A stretch of 64,000 nt of DNA from Ramazzottius varieornatus (taxonomy: Eukaryota > Animalia > Tardigrada): positions 5,205,092-5,269,091 of the forward strand of contig BDGG01000003.1 of assembly GCA_001949185.1 (NCBI GenBank), in the 5' to 3' direction. The notes under the pieces are model-generated. The model was not told the origin of the DNA. It did no database searches and saw only the letters and a list, made by a program, of their open reading frames with translations. The position numbers and the translations under genes were made by a program. This document shows, one piece after another, positions 59,001 to 64,000 of this stretch (position 1 is the first letter of the stretch; each line of letters opens with the position of its first letter).

Positions 59001-59800
59001 TCAGTAGGTTAAAAGAAAGATTGATGACTTTTTGATGGAACATAATGATGGGTGATCACGATTAGCGAAGCGACGTCTTCGTAGTAAGCCGGTAGTGTCG
59101 GTAGGATGATGTCTGCCACGTAGGCCCACGTTCACTTCTTGGTTTCGGCGGCATCGTGTTGTATAAGCGGAAGACTTGGCGATCCAGCTCAACGAATAGC
59201 ACGTTCTTTCTAACAACAATTTTATACTTCAGTCCTTGCAAAAATTGAAGTAGCGCTGAAAAGGGTCCGGACGATCTGGTGAGGCTCCTGACGGTATTAC
59301 GTCGACTGGACGGACCTCCACTTGACACGCGAGAATTGCGTTACATAACTGCAATTTGTAACGAATTTAAAGCGAATTTTTAATATCATAAAACGATTTT
59401 CAAGCTTTTTTGCTGGACATATTTGTCGCAATTTCCAGTACGTCCCTTTCTGAAGGTTTTCCTTTTCAGGTAAAATGTATGTCAAAAGACAGGGATAGAC
59501 GAGCCGGGGAGTGATGCTCGGAATCTTCCGTCCAGCTGAAGAAACCGAAGAAGACTAAAGATAGCAGTGCGTGGCTAGACGATCGATAAATACTTGACTG
59601 TACTTGACGATGAGAAGAGTAATCTTGGAGAGATCAGAAGAAGCCGAGGATTGCGAACTATGAAGCGTGTTGATCGGTGGTCCATCAAGGATCCAAACTG
59701 ATAAGGAGCAACAGATGATTTCCTTCCGATCGTCGCGCATAGCAAGCAATTTCCTCGTCTGGTTGGGGTGATTATGATTATCGATCCTAGTCTCGTGCTT
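59001..59800 (-). pseudogene. Decayed MULE transposase fragment
   Basis: Across frames and in order: DNHNHP, VYPCLLTYILPEK..TY, FSRVKWRSVQS, YSLSWI, RRRF..HPSL; these resemble animal MULE transposase motifs. Confidence 0.5.
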
Positions 59801-60319
59801 CCCGCGCTGGCTTCCCGCAGACTTCGCTAAATTTTAATCTTAATTATACCGTCGATATATCTTGCGATCGTATTCGGGTGATATGACTGTGTAGACATAA
59901 CCGCAGGCCATCATTAACCTCCATACACAGCTCATACCCCAGAATGCGCCATTATGCCGGGTAACCATATGGTTCACGCTTGGTTTCACCAGCAACACGT
60001 GGGCGCGTCTGTGTTTATAATTTTAGAATATCCTATTGACGGAACACCTTTTTATTAATAAGTGCCCCCAAGGTGGAAAATTCCGATACAGTCGTTAAAT
60101 TCAAATATCCTTGTCGACCCATCATCACTCACTCACTAAACCTGCTGACATGCTTCACAGTTCACAGCCACAATAGTTTGAATCGGAAACTGCCTATTTT
60201 CATGGCAATAAAGGCTTCCTAAAGTATGATTCAGATAGACAGATCTACAGACCTTAATAGGTTTCAATCTTGACGACCTGTACGAACTGCCTTTTCCGCG
60301 ACGAAAGCTCAAAATCGAG

Positions 60320-60505
60320 ACTCGACACGATCCCTTTTCCCAAGTGGCGCACGCTTTCAGCCGTTAAAAGCGAAGACCCGCGCCACTATGGAAGACGATC
60401 CTGTCGAGTTGGACCGTTTATTTCAAGTGGCGCACGATCTTAGTGGTATTGGCTGGTAGAGTGCGCCACTTGGGAACCGAGCCTATTGAGTTTGGTTGCC
60501 GAGCT
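60320..60505. repeat. AAGTGGCGCAC foldback element, 2 units
   Basis: actcgacacgatc..cccaagtggcgcac..cgcgccact..gatcctgtcgagt; caagtggcgcac..gtgcgccacttg; ttgccgagc arm. Confidence 0.85.
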
Positions 60506-62649
60506 TCTGTAATCTGTACGCTTCGACTATCTTGTAAATGTGACTTTCGTATTTTTTGATTCGGTACGTCGAAGGATCGACAAGTGTGCGAAACTAGTTT
60601 AAAACCGACTGAGCTGATGATACTCGCCGCTGATATCATTTTTGCGTTGAGCTGGCGCCAGCACTCCCCTGTCGCACTTGATAAAAATGCGCCGGTTCTC
60701 TGTAGACATTTTTCCATTCATAATTGTGTGCGCAGTTCTGATACCATCCGAGTACAAATAAACAAAAACATCTGTACTAGGAAAAAATGTGCCTCACCCT
60801 TTTTATGACTGGCCAGGGAAGAATAAACAGAAGAAGCAGACAATACGGCTGATGGAAGAGCTTTTCAGTTAGACAGGCAGGCGTGAATATCCGCCTAATG
60901 CGCCGTTATCGTCGGCCAGACCGATGCTAATCGAGAAGGCTGACATGATGATGAAGAGTCAGATTGACTGTTCTCTGTAGAAGTTACAAGGTTTAGAGAG
61001 CCCAGAATGGTCTTATGAAAACTCAAGAAGAAAAAGAGGCCAATGCTACCTCGCCAAACTGGTGCAAAGAGCTCAACGGCCCGTTCCGACTCACGCAATG
61101 CTAGAGTATGCATGTTAAAGACGCACTTTAGGCCCGCAGCACAAGAGCGGCATTCAGTGAGACACCCAGGTGGATGCACAAGAGGACCAGGAAGTGGAAT
61201 CATTCCTTCGCTGTTTTTGCCATCCCAAGCTAAGGCCGAGTATTGTCTTTAGTCGGCATGATTATCAGCACCTAATTCGATTAATCCCACTTCCCAGAAG
61301 ACTCGCTTGTTGAGAAAATCTATTTGAAGGGGTGCACAACAGAAGAGGGTAATACGAGATGAAAGGGGATAAATCAACGTCGCAGAGAAAAGCCTGTTCC
61401 TGACGTTGACGTGTAACCCGTCCTGTCTGCCCGTCTCTCCAAGCGTGTTTGCTTGTCTGAACTTGAAAATGACTTGATAGTGTCTCGGTCTTGCTCTCCC
61501 AGTAATAATTTCAAAGTCGTTTGAGAGTAGGATGTGATGGCGATCGAAGAAGCCCGCGTGAGATGTGTGTGCCTTTTTCTAGTGCTTGCAGCCCACTTTA
61601 GCTGTGAACCCCGACAAGGCCGCGCACAGCGCATCAATACAAACTTAACCTCGTCTGGCCATTTGTGTGTGCCATTTTAATGACTCCCTTTGGCGACATT
61701 TTCCTGCTAAAAGGAAGAGGAAGCATGTTTAGCCTAGCCAGGGAAGGCTGTCGACTACCGACTAATAATAGCCGGTTAAAGCAGTGGAGGTGAGCATGAT
61801 TGATGCTCTTCAAAACCACAGACGTACACTAAAATGTCCAGCTTGTCTGACGCTCCAAGGAAGGCAAACTATCTCTTGCAAGCCTCAATGGCCTTTTCTA
61901 AAATGAACGCGTCGCGCTCAATTTCACCCCGTAAAGTGTGAGAATCCCAAACATGATCCAGCCTCGCTATTCAATCATTTCTTGAGAGGCAAAACAAAGA
62001 GGAAAAACTCTCATCGAAGGCGGAAGCTCAACAAACCAATCAAGCGAGGAAGCATTCGTGCCCCTCTTCCCCACCAAACTCGCGCATTGTCCCCTTTGTG
62101 ACTCCGGATATTTCAATCAATCAACACAGACAGCCCATGACTATTTTCGAGTGCGCCGCTGCAGTGGGGTTGTTGGTGATACTTCGCTGTGAATGCGCAC
62201 TTGCATGTCTGGATTGTGGAACAGTCCTGTGTACCTTGAATTGCCTGGCTGACACCTGCACCTGTTCAATTGACCATCGCTTGAACTGGGTTGACTTCTG
62301 AACCCAAAAAAGAACAAAACGGAGCTCCGGCATGTGACACGTACAGCTTCAAAACTTGTCTTTGATTTCTTACCAGTCTGGAGAAACAGGTTTTGTCTAG
62401 CTTTTATAAATGGCAAATACGTTCACATACCCGTCAACTCTTGTCGAGTTAGAAGATTTTAGCTGAATGACTTGCAGTCTTGCATGGCCGAATTTAATGT
62501 ACGAGTAACTAAGTCCTCCTAACCTTGTGAACTTGACGCTCTTTTTGAATGAGGAAGTGTTTCCTTCCATCACGCAATCAAGCTTTTACGAACAGAGGGT
62601 GGAACGATCATCGGAATGTGCGTAATGGGTGTTAATCGATGGCGGCAAG

Positions 62650-62720
62650 CGGCCGTTTTCCCCACTGGCGCACGCTGTTATTGTCATAGGCAGCAGGCAT
62701 GCGCCACTTATCATAAAGTC
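62650..62720. repeat. AAGTGGCGCAC foldback element, 1 unit
   Basis: ttttcccactggcgcacg..atgcgccactt. Confidence 0.65.
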
Positions 62721-64000
62721 TTCTGCAGTATGGCTGTTCAACCAATCAAGCTTAGAGTGGCATGTGTGGATGAGTGCACGTGGTGGGTGCATGTGAAGGC
62801 TTGCGGCACCCTACATCTTGTTTATGCAAGTTTGTGGAGATAAGGCAAAGTTGGCAGCCGGCAACTGACGCACCATGATAGTCTGCACGTTGGTCGCTTC
62901 GTCTTTGTGCTGAATTGCTGAATTGCCAAATTGCTGAATCGCCCAAGACCTTCCTCTTCACAAGTGGCTGGCTGCATGGGGCCCGGACCCGGCCAGAAAC
63001 AATGGCAAAAAAGCACCGTGGTCTCCCCCCTTAACCATCGGCATCCGTGGCGTCTAAAATATTATTCTAATTGCTAGCCGATATATGATGGATACTTGTG
63101 TAACTGGTTTTTTATTAGTCCGCTTGCAGAAACAGGACACTTGCCAAGGTCTACGCACACTCTCAATAAAGTGTCATCTCAGCAAAAGTTTATGCACCGT
63201 TTCACACCTGTGCAGTACGTACAACCAGCGTCTCCCCAACGCCGACGCCGACGAAGGCTCTGGAAAACCCCTTGAGATTACCCGACATCGACACATGGAT
63301 CCCAAAGTTAGCCATCTTGCTTTCTGCCGTCTTGCAGCAGTAAGCACCAGGTTTTCGCCTATAGTTGGCTCCTTGTACGGTTTACCGCCTGGTCTGGACT
63401 GCGACAGCGCCAGTCCCAGATAAAGCGCCGCACTCATACCGCCCACCACTGCAGGCAATGCGCGACTAGCTTGATATTGAATGGAAGTCATGTGCCAGAC
63501 CGTGTAGTCCCAGTCAGAGGTAAACTGGCGCACATAGAAATGCGTCCTACGGTACCCGATGCGCGACTTGAGGACGGCAGGCCAGTATCTTTGAATCAAT
63601 ATGGGATATACACACGTGATACAAGAGCTGCTGACTATTAGGCCAATGGGCACGTGAAGGGGAGGCCGGTACGTTGTGTGTAGTTGATTTGGAGGCAGCC
63701 AATGGTGGTGAAGGCGTGCCTGCACAAGGCCCGCCCACGCAGACATACGCACTGCGCCGCGTCCGCCAGAAGCTCGGCACGGGACGCGACTTGTTCGTAA
63801 CCAGCAACTCATCATATTATATCCGCCAGTCGTTCCGAAGACGCTCTCTGCTGCGTTTGCCGGTCGTCGCGTTGATTAATCCCCCCTCTTCGGTAAAGGC
63901 AATTTTATACATTCTCCGTCGTCGCCGGAAAAATCTTGGCACTGTTTTCTCCAGATATTTCTTCCGGTGATTATTATGCTAAAAACAGTGGTTTGTCGAC

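Noticed and set aside
63174-63815. 213-aa minus-strand ORF at the right end
   Set aside because: No recognisable domain; may include exons of a gene extending beyond the window but unsupported here

Overview
Eukaryotic (animal) genomic DNA: compact, intron-rich and gene-dense, with a 737-N scaffold gap. The gene content (ZP-domain cuticle protein, melatonin-receptor-like GPCR, orphan F-box genes, ~60-100 bp introns) suggests a small-genome ecdysozoan, possibly a tardigrade; this is inference only. Spliced genes I could reconstruct by hand: sigma-class GST (5' end outside window), the 3' part of an MROH1-like HEAT gene, two F-box genes, a ZP-domain membrane protein, BBS2, IMP4, COQ2, JTB, SPT4, a class A GPCR, a coiled-coil protein, a STYXL1-like pseudophosphatase and NDOR1, plus several orphans. 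The dominant unexplained structure is a dispersed nested-palindrome element (outer arms ~GGGAACTCGGCAAACAAACTCGAC, with 1-3 internal CAAGTGGCGCAC...GTGCGCCACTTG hairpins). It is present at about 30 loci, in nearly every enlarged intron and in none of the reconstructed coding exons. Also found: two hAT-type non-autonomous elements with exact 8-bp TSDs (one carrying a 54-aa pipsqueak-HTH micro-ORF), a 108-bp perfect duplication whose junction holds a 38-bp exact copy of an exon segment 4.5 kb away, and decayed Tc1/mariner and MULE transposase relics. No tRNA, rRNA or CRISPR array was seen. All homology calls are from motif recognition by eye, not database searches.
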